Counted from the stretch's first letter, positions 11,551 to 25,687 are shown. The stretch is 64,000 bases of DNA from Eledone cirrhosa (GCA_964016885.1 OZ024742.1:229462001-229526000), one strand, 5' to 3'. Notes: a model not told the origin generated them from the sequence alone. Numbers and translations are program-made.

Positions 11551-12406
11551 GCTGTTTCGGACCATACCAAAATCAACATACTGATTGCGGATTTGGTGCG
11601 GGTGATGAGAAACCTGTCCCGCATGTGCAACCCCAAAGAACTAGATAGGCACATACAACACTTCATCCACCGTATGCAGTTCTCTGGTTACAATCAGAGA
11701 GATAAAATCAGAGTGTATAGAGGAGCCAGAACCAAATGGGAAAAAATGGTAAATAATGACACAAATGGGACCTGCCCCTTGTATAGGAGCAGATTTTGGA
11801 ATAGAATAGAAAGAACTAGGAATAAGGCTAATAGAATAAACTCATGGTATGATAGCAATAAATACCAGAGTGTAATGTTCATCGATACAACCCCTAGAGT
11901 TGAATTAGCTTACAAATTTAGAAGGGCCCTAGATAAACATAAACTCAATATTAAGATAGTAGAAATACCAGGTACCTCCGTAAAAACACTTATTAGCAAG
12001 AGATACCCTTTTCAAAGACCCCCCTGTATAGATAAGAAATGTATAACCTGTAAAATAAGCCCCCATATTAACTGTAAAACTAGAAATGTAGTGTATAGCA
12101 TAAGATGAACTGAAGGACAATGTAGAGACAAAAATATAGTGTACATAGGTGAGACAGCTCATAGTATAGGGGAACGTATAAATGAACACTGGCGAGACCT
12201 TTAAGATAGTAAAGAATCATCTGTATTTTACCAACATGCTAAAATAGAACATAAGGGTAAATTAGAGAACATAGAAATAAAAATAGAATCTACACACAGA
12301 AAAGACGCAATGTTTAGACAAATCACAGAGGCAATAACATAAAAGAATTACAACCAAAATTAAATAGAAAATATGAGTGGAACAGCAACATCACAACTTA
12401 CAATTA
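11544..12406 (+). pseudogene. inverted duplicate of PLE thumb + GIY-YIG
   Basis: The peptide is nearly identical to the C-terminal half of the 551-aa ORF. Stops lie at 12106-12108 (TGA for Cys) and 12202-12204. Confidence 0.9.
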
Positions 12407-12608
12407 AGGACAAAATGAAAACACACACACACATAGAACAAACAACCAACATGTAATATGTAAATAAACAAATAAATAAATGAATATAAACACACACAGA
12501 CACCCGGATGTGGCGCATGCGCAGATTGAGCACACAACACACACACAGAAACAAAATGGCGTAGGACAGAACAAAGGAGAGGCACAAAAACAAAGAAAAG
12601 AATCCCCA

Positions 12609-12651
12609 GTCACTGAAGAGGTCACAGACTGTGTGACGAAATAACTTTGAC
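12609..12651 (+). ncRNA. minimal hammerhead ribozyme in PLE pLTR
   Basis: GTCA CTGAAGA g GTCACA gactg TGTGAC GAAA taac TT|TGAC. Stems I and II pair and stem III is minimal. Minimal hammerheads are an established feature of PLE pLTRs. Confidence 0.75.
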
Positions 12652-13042
12652 AATATATAAACAACTATCTGGTTGTGGAACCAACCAACCAACCAGAAAT
12701 TTATAAATTTATAAATTCCTAAATTTATGAATTTATTATAATAAATTGAAGTGAAAGCAAATGGTGCGTGTGTTTCTTATTGGCAACATGACCCTCCCAA
12801 AGTATAACAATATCGGTTTCAACACACGATTTCAGATAAAGAATCTTGCTAAACAAATTCAGAAACGAAATATATAAGTTTCTACTTCCTTCAATACACA
12901 CTGTATCATTTTATTATATATCCAATCAACTTCTACCCACTGTACCTGTCTATATGTCCAAGTAAACTGTACACATTCTACCTGTCTATTGAGTCATATA
13001 GAACAGCACTGGAACAAAGTGGTGTCACAGATGAGCAAAAAC

Positions 13043-13085
13043 GTCATTGAGAAAGTCACAGAAGGTGTGACGAAAAAGATTTGAC
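13043..13085 (+). ncRNA. minimal hammerhead, U3-A8 variant, in an older pLTR remnant
   Basis: GTCA TTGAGAA a GTCACA gaagg TGTGAC GAAA aaga TT|TGAC. Confidence 0.65.
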
Positions 13086-13150
13086 AATTAAATATGAAAA
13101 TTAAACAACCATCCGGTTACTAAATGAAACGATGAATAGTTGTTATCTAA

Positions 13151-13487
13151 TCTATCTATATAAAACTGTGGTTGTCTGTCTGTCTATCGATTTTTGGCAC
13201 ACATCTCCTCTTAGAATCTCTCACGGAATTGCACCGAAATTGCTATACTTGTACATTGAGCCCTAGCGAAGACATCGGAAAAAAAAAATTTCAAATTGAC
13301 CCACCCTATGTGACGAAATCGAATATAATGTATCGATTTTTGAGCGTAAGTGATCAGTTATTTCCCTTTGTTCTGTTTACATTGAGCGTCTTACGTAAAA
13401 AATTACGCTGGCTTTAACAGTTGTCGAGCCAGCAAAATATTGACCTGCAAAATTCATCAGTTCGAACACCGGGCTTTACTGCTAGTT
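13151..13487 (+). mobile_element. non-autonomous Helitron/HINE-like element
   Basis: Starts tctatctatataaaa followed by a (tgtc)n tract and ends accgggctttactgCTAGt. It is inserted within a pLTR remnant. Confidence 0.5.
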
Positions 13488-13635
13488 AATAATAAAACTG
13501 AAGCGAAACTCATCCGGTACGTGTGTTTTTATTGGCAGCATGACCGTACCAAATTATAACATTAACTGTTTTACCATATACAGAAAATTTATTTGTACCT
13601 CGTTCTTTACTCAACATAACTAATCCCAATCTGCA

Positions 13636-13683
<48 letters not shown>

Positions 13684-13890
13684 ATCTCTCTATGTAACTA
13701 TATGTCTCTCTGTCTTTTCTTTGCCCCCCTCCCTCTCCCTCTCTCTCTCTCTATATATATATATATACATATATATATGAAAAGAATCAGCACCCCGACG
13801 GCTGAGCTCAAGCCGTTTCGACAGAGCTATTTCTGTACTCCACCTGGTCCACTTGGTTCTTTACCATACCTCCTTCGTTATATATATAAT

Positions 13891-14150
13891 GGAGGCACGT
13901 GGCCTAGTGGTAAGAGTGTTGGACTTATGATCATAATGTCGTGGGTTTGATTCCTGAGCTGCTCTTTATGTTCTTGAGTAAAACACTTCATTTCACGTTG
14001 CTCCAGTATACTCAGCTGAAAATGAGTACCAGCAAAAGCTGGAGGTTTAACCCTGCGATGGACTAGCGTCCATGTACTCTCAGTCGCTTCACGCCATGAA
14101 ACCGGGATAAGGACCGGCCAAATGAACCTTCTGGCTTAAGACAGACTTTA
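13891..14150 (+). mobile_element. tRNA-derived SINE
   Basis: A box tggcctagtgg and B box ggtttgattcc, then ttcttgagtaaaacacttcatttcacgttgctccagtatactcagctg, which is shared with the copies at 23990 and 41825. Confidence 0.75.
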
Positions 14151-14280
14151 GACCTTTTTTTTAAAGATATATATATATGTCTAATATCTATCTATCTATC
14201 TATATGTGTGTCTGTCTGTCTATCTATTTATACTTTCAACAACTAGACACCTTATATGTCTGTTTTATCAACATCTACAG

Positions 14281-14735
14281 CAGTGGTTCCAAAACTTTCT
14301 TTTTTTAACTTACAGTGTATTTTAGAACAAATATTTCGAGGCACATCGTACCTAGATCTCTTCAAAAATGTTATTTGTATAAATTAACACAACATAAAAT
14401 AGAGATATCGATAATTAAAAGAAAAAAAAACAAAAAAAAAAACACGAAACATTTTTCTTCAATAAGTGGCACAGAATTATGACAAAAACATATTTGATGA
14501 TTTCTTTGGCAACGTTTCCATTTTTTTCGTTTAGTTGTGGTCCGCATTCACACTTGTAAATGAACATTACACTAAATATTTAAAAAATATATGTATTTCT
14601 ATCACAAAATTCCTCAATTAATTCTAACTATCTTTGACTGTTCTCCAACAAATTCTTTTGAATCAAAATCTAGCTTTTTCGTGACACTCATAATTACATC
14701 TCGCGGTACACAGAATTACATGTCGCGGCATACTT
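14281..14735. mobile_element. hAT-like non-autonomous element remnant
   Basis: Begins cagtggttccaaaact and has subterminal cgcggtacac/cgcggcatac motifs. The right TIR is not seen. Confidence 0.3.
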
Positions 14736-16230
14736 AATTATATTTTACCAAAGTCTTACCTAGTAACCGGAGAAATTAAACTACAGATTTTATGATACTA
14801 AAATCATAGGGATTTCAAGTGCATTTCTTCTTCTTATATGTTGAGCTAACTGAAATTTTATGAAAAATATAGTGGATCAAGATAAGTATGGATCTCTTCT
14901 TCTTCTTCTTCTTCTTCTTCTTCTTCTTCTGCGATAGGTGAGAAGTCGTTAGGCTCACGTTCCAGAAGGTCCTATCAAAAACTATCTTCACCTCATGCTA
15001 CACATGGACCCCTGCAAATACATCGGAGGTTAGAAAGCATTCACCGACAGAAATGAGCAAAGTCGTTGAACTTAACTACTGAGTACATTTATGTTGATCA
15101 CGACTTTGTATTCTGAAACACCAACGAGAAATATATGCCATAATATATATGTAGATGTTTCTCGGAAATATTGCTCAAAGCTTCGCTATAAAACAGGAAA
15201 AAAATAACAAAACATTTCCCTAACGCCTCTTCTAATTTGCGGCATTATTAAGCACATATATTTATTTATATTTTCAGGTTCTTAGATCGAATCCCAGCAG
15301 ATTTAGAATATAATTTCTTCGTTGCTATATAAATATTTGAAATATCGTGAAAAAATATTATATGTAATAATTTAAAGTATAATATATTATGCAAGTATAT
15401 ATAGTTTGGTTAAACAAAAGAAATCTATCAACGTCAGAAAGAAACTGTTTTTAGCAGATGTACTACAATCTGAAAGAAAACTTCATCCATCTCAATTAAG
15501 TGAACTTTACTCAATATCAGCATAGACCTACTATCAGTGGATTTCACAGTGATAAGGAAGAAGAACGGGAAGAATTTTCCAATCAATATAATGCATGATA
15601 TATGTCCGAATTTCAAACGAACTCCTTCTCTGTTGCCATTGCTCTTGAAAGAAAGGGAAAACGTTAACAACCATAGTGGCAATAGTATAGGTTTCTTACA
15701 AAAATCGATATATCTACGAAAATTCATTTTATGTTATTACTACCCAATTATTTGGTGAAAGGTAAGTAATCTTGGTTTATTGTCATCGAACATAAAAGGT
15801 TCCAGCTTTCTACTTCAATCCGGATCATAAAAAAAGCTGGAAAAGGCTTTCTGAGAGCAGAAAAAAAAATTGCAAACGAAAATGGCCGCGTAATTGTGGT
15901 GATTGTAACAGAGAAAAGTCATATAACCCCAATAACAGATTTGAACTCAGCAATTTTCGAATTTGATACGAAGGGATAGATTAAACAAATGGTTTTTCCG
16001 TCTTGCTTCTGTTTACCCAGCAAACCGTTATACACGCAGACATATAGAGATATTCAGAAACACACATACGTACATCCCCGCCCATACCTTCATAAGAATA
16101 TCTATCTATCTATCTATCTATATATATATATATGTATATATATATGTGTATATATATATGTGTATATATATGTATATATATGTGTATATATATGTATATA
16201 TATGTATATATATATATATATGGATATATG

Positions 16231-16302
<72 letters not shown>

Positions 16303-16679
16303 TAGGGAAAGGGAGAGAGAGAGAGGGTTAGGTGTACATATGTGGAAGTGTGCACAAAACTAAATAGGCCTTTTGATATTTGATCAGTATATGAAAAACG
16401 CGAAATGAAATTGTCGCGTACGAAAAACTGATGTTGCAAGGCACAAACCCGTTCCTTTTATGGAGAGAAATAATCACCATGTAAAACCTGAAAACATTTA
16501 AAGACGCTCTATATATCTGACAATGACGGCGCCTGTCGTCTGTTATCTCTGCGCATGCCCCAGGCTGTATATCTTATATAATCTATATAATACAGTGTTA
16601 AATGATTTTGGTATTTTTCCCCCCACATCCAACCTTACTTTTTAATACTCTTTCTTTTAGTCTCGCTTATTAAAATGAC

Positions 16680-17245
16680 ACAGACAACATTTAATTCACC
16701 GTATGCAGTTCTCTGGTTATAATCTAAGAGACAAGATAAGGCTATACAAAGGAGCCATGGCTAAATTCAGAACCATTATAGCGAATGATACGAAGGGGAT
16801 TTTCCCATTATACAGAAGCAAAACATGGAATAGCATAGAAATAACTAGGGTAATATAGGTAGGTTCAACTCTTGGTATGACAGCCAAATAACTGATAGAC
16901 AGAATAAGACAGGACAGAGAAAAAATAAGATAAAAGACACAAAAAGTCACAAACAGCAAAACAGCTAACGATAAAACCCCACGCACTTTTCAGACTCGAA
17001 ACAGGAAAAACGCACCACAAAACGAAATAACAGCATACAGACAAAATGAAATAGAAATGTAAGAGTCACAAAAAATCGACAGTTATTGAGGAGGTCACAG
17101 AATGGTGTGACGAAAGAGCTTTGAAGGAAGAATAAAGATAAAGTGAAAGTTATATGGTGCTTGTGTTCAATTGGCAAAATGAATGTCCCCAATTATAACA
17201 ATATTGGTTTCAACACAAGATTTCAAATCAAGATTCTTGATGAAT
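16680..17245 (+). mobile_element. internally deleted older copy of the 8-12 kb PLE family with hammerhead (17082-17125)
   Basis: IHRMQFSGYNLRDKIRLYKGAMAKFRTIIANDTKGIFPLYRSKTWN, then GTTA TTGAGGA g GTCACA..TGTGAC GAAA gagc TT and the same pLTR end. Confidence 0.75.
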
Positions 17246-18108
17246 ATATATATATATAATAATATTAAGGATACTATTTATGGTTATGTATATATTAAAA
17301 CTTTTTATAGTTATGTATATTTTAAACCCTAAACAGTGAAGGTCAGTAATTTATTACTACCTTATTACCAGTAAGATAAATAGCTCATTACACACATACT
17401 TCCGGGTAATAAACCACTGTAAATTCTCGCAGCAGAATGAACCTATTCTATAAATTTGGATTAAATAACACTGAGCCTCAATACGATAAAATAATTTAAT
17501 TTAATGCATCAATCATTCAATACGGAATCATCGTTACTTATGTGATGGATGTAAAAACTATGTCTTAATTTCCTGAATGTGAAAATGGTGGTGGATACGA
17601 AAACTATAACTTTCTTTTGCTTCTTCTTTTTATTTTTATTTTATTTTTTGTTTTATACAAAAAATACCTTACCACTACAACCACCATAATAATCTTCCTT
17701 ACACGCTTAAAGTGCTTGCATTACATGTAACACCCTGCCACACAATAATCGTATAAAAATGAGACACACTTGCATGCTCCATGTGTAACTAACGCATACA
17801 TTACCTACTAGATCTGACTATCAAACTATCCTCTTGCATGATCTGTGTTATCTGCCGAATGTATTTTAATTTTTATTTTTATTTTCATTTTGAATTTGAA
17901 TTGCTGTACAAAAATAGTATAGTATAATATATGTCACTCCACTGTACATCAATATATATACATGTATCTGTATGTCTCTTGCGTTGGAAAGGAGGTCAAT
18001 TATGTGTACAAACATTGAAAAATGGTCCGAAGACCTGAAGCCTAGGTTGGTATGAAACAATTGTAAGTGAATAAATGCTTTGAACATAGCTTTGATTCTT
18101 GTGAATTC

Positions 18109-18139
<31 letters not shown>

Positions 18140-18182
18140 TACATATATATCTATATATTATATATATATATGTATATATATC

Positions 18183-18238
<56 letters not shown>

Positions 18239-18243
<5 letters not shown>

Positions 18244-18584
18244 AGAAGTGTAAGCTATCGCCGTATTTTGACTAAAGAAATTAAAGAAATTATTTAGCCT
18301 GATAATGAGGTTAAGAACCCTCGGAGAAATGGAAAAAGATGAGTATTGACGTACATGGGAGTCGAACCCACATCTTTGGTTATCCGGAACACTGTGCTAC
18401 CATTTACACCAACACATAAATGGTAGCACAGTGGTCCGGATAACCAAAGATGTGGGTTCGACTCCCATGTACGTCAATACTCATCTTTTTCCATTTCCCC
18501 GAGGGTTCTTAACCTCACTATCAGGCTAAATAATTTCTTTAATTTCTTTAGTCAAAATACGGCGATAGCTTACACTTCTAATAA
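18239..18584. repeat. fold-back (168-bp arms, 10-nt spacer) containing a tRNA-derived unit
   Basis: Arms are 18239-18406 and 18417-18584, with about 3 mismatches. The structure is flanked by (TA)n. Confidence 0.95.
18346..18417 (-). ncRNA. tRNA-like Pol III unit (SINE head/pseudo-tRNA)
   Basis: A box tggtgtaaatgg, D stem GTGT/GCAC, T arm GTGGG ttcgact CCCAT and acceptor 3' GTACGTCA, followed by TTTTT. The anticodon loop CCGGATA is non-canonical. Confidence 0.55.
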
Positions 18585-18623
18585 TTTCAAACCCACTCGG
18601 TGTTTCGAAAATATTCTCACTTG

Positions 18624-19370
<747 letters not shown>

Positions 19371-19839
19371 ATGTATTTTATACGTAAGTGAACACTAAAA
19401 TTGTCTGATAAAAATTGTTTTAATTTTCAGCAATATTCTTTCATAAGAGAAATAGAAATATAAGTGTTGAGGGTTTCAAATATTTAAACAATTAAAGTCC
19501 TGTTCCACACAAAACCACATTAACAATCATTCTATAAAAGTACAAAACACCAACCATTATGGCAGTACATAATACTACTAATTTTATATCGCTTCGTGTA
19601 CTAGTTAATATGCGATAAATATTTGAGTTAACGAACCTATTCTTAACACTTCGCAACATGTAACGAGTGCAACGATATTCGCAAGATTTTTTGAAAGATA
19701 CATAACTATATCACTTTAAAAATATATTCTTTAGTCAAATGCAAAAGATTTACGCAACAATATGTTAGCAAACCTTTACTCTACTAATTGGCCCCTGAAT
19801 TTCTTGTTTCCTGTCAAACACTGCTAATATTATATGTAC

Positions 19840-20030
19840 AATGGATTGGCAGTATCGATAGAGGGTCGGACGCCATGCTTTCTAGCATAGAGTTACGGTC
19901 CTTTACGGTCTGAGTTCAAATCCCGCCGAGGTTAACTTTGCCTTTCATCCTTACGGGGTCGATAAAATAATGTACCAGCAATGCACTGGGTAATAGCTAG
20001 CATTGTGCGATAAGTAGAAACAATTATATG
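19840..20030 (+). mobile_element. abundant SINE (representative copy)
   Basis: tggcagtatcg...ctgagttcaaatcccgccgaggttaactttgcctttcatccttacggggtcgataaaataa...agtagaaacaatta. Further copies lie at about 20600(+), 23765(-), 35787(+), 39780-40165(-), 44070(+), 44750(-), 45300(-) and 53350(-). Confidence 0.85.
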
Positions 20031-21444
20031 TACTATAAACTGCTACTAATTCACATACTCAAAATGTGTCTATCCTGTAACTCCGTCACTCTCACTATAT
20101 CTACATTGATACCTCCTGATTATTCAATCTGATTACACATTCCGTCTCTTCCTCTTTGAATTTCGCTTTATACACCATACCATGCCATAGAATACTAAGA
20201 ACAGAAAAAGACACCCTATTCTCACATTCGGTCATAACTGGCTTTGTGTATTCCACACATGACAAATATTTTGAGACAAACACCTAGACGGCATGTTTTG
20301 TGGAAGTACAACAGCCACCCACGTATGCCAGTCTCCTCTCCTCATTGAACCGATGTTGACCAATAGAAAGGCAAAGACCGATACATTCTAGCACCTTTCT
20401 TGTGGTAACTTTAATTCAAAGGGTTTGGCTAATCACATATTGTGTTGCATTGAATATATCCGAGACTTAAGATATGGGTATTATATATGTGGAAACCCCA
20501 GCCACTTTCATTATAATTCAAGATGGACTATACCTGTAATTGAAAAGCAGACTTTGTTAAAGATCAGACTTGTGACACATCATTTTACGCTCAATGGGCG
20601 ATGAATGGGCAGTATCGGTAGAGCGTCTGACGCCATGCTTTGCAGCACAGAATTATGTCCCTTTACGGTCGGAGTTAACATCTTGCCGAAGTTAACTTAG
20701 CCTTTCATCCTTACGGGGTCGACAAAATAAAGTACCAGTAATACACTGGGATAATTGCTGGCCTTGTTCCAAAAATAGAAACAATTATTTTACGCTCAAT
20801 TTCCCTACGTTATTTGTATGAGTTTGTGAAAAGCCCTGCAATATACATTAAAATAACTGTAAATCAAAATGCCAGCCTTGTCAATCATTGTGTCGTGCTG
20901 TATCCACCACTTTTCATGTTGACCTACGAAGAAACCTGTTCAAACAAATAGAGCACTCGTCGTTGGAACCGACGAGAGACCAATACACACATAATCGCTG
21001 TTTCAATACATCTGCATTCTATGCACATGGCTTATTCTTGTGACCAACATATGTTCCGTTAATGATAGTATAAAATTGAATTTCAAAAACATTTTGTCGC
21101 CTTTTGTTCATACTTTTTTGACACCTTAATTTAATAAGCGCAGCGCTTCCAGACAGAAACATATGTACTTACACAAATACTTATACTCAGACAGAAACAC
21201 ATTTATTCAATCACACTCAGAGATTGCAGATAAGTGACACCCACATCAACACAACTGAGACACACACTTACAAACGCATGTATAGAGGTATATCATGTAT
21301 CAAAATGTAGATAATAAACATATAAACAATCTTACTCATACACAAGTATATATATATATATATATATATATATCTCAATACACATAAGTTTATATATACA
21401 TATATACATACACACACACTCACACACTCACACACTCACACACT

Positions 21445-21494
<50 letters not shown>

Positions 21495-21584
21495 TATATG
21501 TATATATATATATGTGTGTGGGTTGTGTGTGTGTGTGTGTGCGTGTATATATATATATGTAATTATATACACACACAGGTATAG

Positions 21585-21644
<60 letters not shown>

Positions 21645-22090
21645 CACTATGTACTTACATACATAAACGCATACATACGCATACACTCATACTAGCACGC
21701 ATAGGCATTCATATACGCACATACATGCATATATACATACATACGCACATATATACATGCAAATACACACACATATACACACACATATACATACATACAC
21801 ATTCACATTTGTCTATATTGAGACCTAATTGGAAGACGTGTAGCGAAAAGAATACAGCTAATGAAGTGATACTAGATCACATTTTCTTTAATGGAGGCCC
21901 ATTCTTTGTCCTTATGTCATAACGATTTCTCAATCATGGCTTTCTACTAGCTTTAGTGTCACTGTAAGCAAGTTACAATCTGGTGTAACGACAACATTTA
22001 GCAAGAGACGGCGGGTAACATACGTATGTACTCGTAAGTATGTGTATATGTATTAATGTATGTATGTATATATATGTCTAAGTGTGTTTA

Positions 22091-22144
<54 letters not shown>

Positions 22145-22499
22145 TGTATGTATGTATGTATGCATGTATGTATGTATATGTATGTCTAGGTATGTTTATA
22201 TGTATATATATATATATGTGTGTTGTATATATATATATATATGTGTGTATGTGTGTGTGTGTGTATGTTTATACATGCGTACATTCAAACAGCCATACAC
22301 ACATTACACACATATATGTATGTATTATTCAACAAGGAAAAACAGCTCAGAAGAATAGAATACATTGGTAGCATACTACAATATTTTAGTGCTTGAGAAG
22401 AATACGAAAAATTCGGCAGCTAGTCGTTCATTGGGAAGAGTAAAGGTGACAGGAGGTACCTTTTAAGAGGGAGAGGAAAAAGGAAAACAGACGTGATCT

Positions 22500-22560
<61 letters not shown>

Positions 22561-22561
<1 letters not shown>

Positions 22562-23150
22562 CGTTTCGGAATTTGTTTAGCAAGATTCTTTATCTGAAAA
22601 CGTGTGTTGAAACCGATATTGTTATGCTTTGGGAGGGTCATGTTGCCAATAAGAAACACACGCACCATTGCTTTCACTCCAATTTATTATAAATTTAAGA
22701 ATTTATAAATTTATAAATTTCCGGTTGGTTGGTTGTTCATATATTGTCAAAGTTCTTTCATCACACGTTCTGTGACTTCTTCAGTGACTGGGGATTCTTT
22801 TCTTTGTTTTGTGTCTCTCCTTTGTTCTGTCCTACGCCATCTTGTTTTTGTGTGTGTTGTGTGCTTAGTTCGCGCATGTGTTACATCCAGGTGTCTGTGT
22901 GTGTTTTTATTTGTTTATTTATTTGTTTATTTACATGTTACTGGTTGGTTGTTTGTTCTATGCGTGTGTGTGTTTTCATTTTGTCCTTAATTGTAAGTTG
23001 TGATGTTGGTATTCCATTCATATATATGAACAACCGTCCGGTTATGGAACCAACCAACCGGAAATTTATAAATTCTTAAATTTATAAATTTAATTTATAA
23101 TAAATTGGAGTGAAAGCAACTGGTGCATGTGTTTCTTATTGGCAACATGA
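22561..23150 (-). mobile_element. solo pLTR of the 8-12 kb PLE with short inverted segment
   Basis: 22561-23020 matches the reverse complement of 12375-12870. 23030-23150 is an inverted copy of its 3' part. It is inserted in (TA)n. Confidence 0.85.
22746..22788 (-). ncRNA. minimal hammerhead ribozyme in pLTR
   Basis: GTCA CTGAAGA a GTCACA gaacg TGTGAT GAAA gaac TT|TGAC. Confidence 0.7.
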
Positions 23151-23173
23151 ATAACTATATATATATATAAGCA

Positions 23174-23225
<52 letters not shown>

Positions 23226-23989
23226 GAGAGCAGATTAAGGTTTAAGCAAAGAATCATATTAAGCATATAATATAAACATTTTGTTTTCTTCATTTTTTTT
23301 TTACAAATCACGTCTGTTTTCCTTTTTCTTCTCCCTCTTAAAAGGTACCTCCTGTCACCTTTACTCTTCCCGATGAACGACTAGCTGCCGAAATATTCGT
23401 ACTCTTCTCAAGCACTAAAATATTGTAGTATGCATCCAATGTATTGTATTCTTTCGAGCTGTTTTTCCTTGTTGAATAATACATGCATATATGTGTGTAT
23501 ATGTGTGTATGTCTGTTTGAATGTACGCATGTATAAACATACACACACACACACACACGTACACACATAGACATATAGAGAGACAGAGTGAGAGAGGTAC
23601 GCAAGAAAAAGCTCATGTAGATGCATATATTTTGTGACATATGTATGAACAAATTGCTTGCACACATACATACACACATACATGCGTACATAAATACATA
23701 AATACATACACCCACACACAACACACCTACACCCCCCCCCCCCCACACACACACATATGTATATAATTGTTTCTACTTAAGGCACAAGGCCAGCAATTAC
23801 CCAGTACATTACTGGTACTTTATTTTATCGACCCCGTAAGGATGAAATGTAAAGTTAACCTCGGCGGGATTTGAACTCAGACTGTAAAGGGACGTAACTA
23901 TGCTAGAAAGCATGGCGTCCGACCCTTTACCGATACTGCCAATCCACCGTATATATGTATATAATATTATATTATATTATATTAATAGC

Positions 23990-24320
23990 TTAGGGGTTAG
24001 AGCATTGGGCTTGCAATTGGAAGGTTGTGAGTTCGATTCTCGAACCGGGCGATGCGTTGTATCCTTAAAAATGACTCTTTATTTCACGTTGTTCCAGTTC
24101 ACTCAGCTGCAGAAATGAGTTGCGACGTCACTGATGCCAAGCTGTATCGGTCAGTGCCTTTCCCTTGGACAATATCAGTGGAGTGAAGTGAGGAGGCTGG
24201 TATGCATGGGCAACTACTGGCCTTTCACAAACAACCTTGCCCGGACTTGTGCCTTGGAGGGAAACTTTCTAGTTGCAAATCCTATGGTCATTAGTAGCGG
24301 AAGAGGGTCTTTACTCTGAG
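23990..24320 (+). mobile_element. tRNA-derived SINE
   Basis: B box gagttcgattct followed by gtatccttaaaaatgactctttatttcacgttgttccagttcactcagctg. Confidence 0.7.
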
Positions 24321-24575
24321 TTATATGTTAATTTAGAACTCTATAAAGTTAACTGTAGGCATCTGAATGAATGGGCGAGATATATCAATAAATCAATAAA
24401 TCAATTATCCACTCAGAGAAGTATTAAAATATATCCAACTTCAGCTAAAGTCTCATTCTAGAGGACACAATTGTAGACAACGCAATGAAAAAACAAGATG
24501 CCCTCCTCCCCAGAGATTTTGGCTTAAGTTTAATATATTTCATGTACATATATATATATATATATGTGTGTGTTG

Positions 24576-24710
<135 letters not shown>

Positions 24711-25299
24711 TATTCAGGCATAAACAGAGAAAGAAATGTACATGTAGACTGGGATAAATTTATACATGCACTTGCATACGCAAATATAGGCATAGAAGCA
24801 GAATCAAAAGCCCATGTACTTGTTGAAGACCATGCACAGACATACATACATACACATGCATAAAGACAAACACATTTACATGTACAAATACAAATACGCT
24901 TACATACATGCATACACAGAGACAAACACACGTAAAAATCATACATAATCAGGTGTAATCACACATACATCCACGTGTGCATATTTACACACACAAGCAT
25001 GCACACGCGTGAACAAATACGTTTATGAATACATAAATATTTAATCACAATCACAAATAGATGTTCTTACATGCACACTCACAATCAAGAACGTACAGAA
25101 ATGCATAGAAAGAAAATCTCTTGCAAACGTGCACACTAACACATACTGAAAAAGCCAGCATACACACCTATATTCACTTATTATGTTTTGAATACACAGT
25201 GTGTATATATTTTTTGAGGAGACTATATATCCCCCCCCCCCCAAAAAAAAAATGTTCATGTGTAGGGTGAAGGATAAAAGAGTTTGGTGTCTGCTCGAT

Positions 25300-25666
25300 A
25301 TTACTTTATCTGGGTTTTCAGTTGCTAAAAATGACGTTATAGTCAATTAGTGTGGTCGGATTAGGCTCAGTAAAGCTGGTCTTAGAAGTCCTCATAGAAG
25401 CCATGCTGAAAATTTGCCGATTATAGTCTCGTTGGTATTCCTCCCTTTCAGATGGTGGAAAACAATCTGCCTCGGCCAGTGGACCACAATGCCAATTGAA
25501 AGCTCACCAAAACAAAACGGGATCAAAGTGGAAATAAAAGTTCATCGGTGCAGCATATGCAGACAAGAATATAAGTCCTTGGTGGGCTTAAGAGTCAAAT
25601 TCGTGCTAGCCATGTGTAAGAGGGAGATCAAGTAGTGGCACTTTTTCAATTCTTGATGCAGCCATT
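25300..25666 (+). mobile_element. 5'-truncated RTE 3' end with zinc-finger remnants
   Basis: CGRIRLSKAGLRSPHRSH and HRCSICRQEYKSLVGL match the fingers of the 50-53 kb RTE. It ends gtggc...gcagcca + (TGTA)n. Confidence 0.7.
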
Positions 25667-25687
25667 ATGTATGTATGTATGTATGTA

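Larger units (their letters stand above)
7934..12870. mobile_element. Penelope-like element with inverted 1.3-kb 3' arm (pLTR)
   Basis: 11544-12814 is the reverse complement of 7935-9181 with a few differences. The candidate TSD (gaaa)tatataagt lies at 7921-7933 and 12867-12879. Confidence 0.9.
22250..23550. repeat. inverted pair of about 250-bp repeats (22250-22500 / 23300-23550) enclosing a pLTR
   Basis: gtttatacatgcgtacattcaaacag...aaggaaaacagacgtgat and its reverse complement. The two arms are visibly diverged. Confidence 0.85.

Noticed and set aside
10006-12108. In-frame TGA codons in the PLE (10006-10008; 12106-12108 at a conserved Cys) as selenocysteine
   Set aside because: The first fits CGA>TGA decay at a non-conserved site. 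The second is TGT in the sister arm, and that arm has another stop. I see no SECIS in the 3' UTR.
18346-18476. Functional tRNA gene
   Set aside because: The anticodon loop lacks U33 and purine 37, the first base is lost at the fold-back junction, and the context is a repeat.
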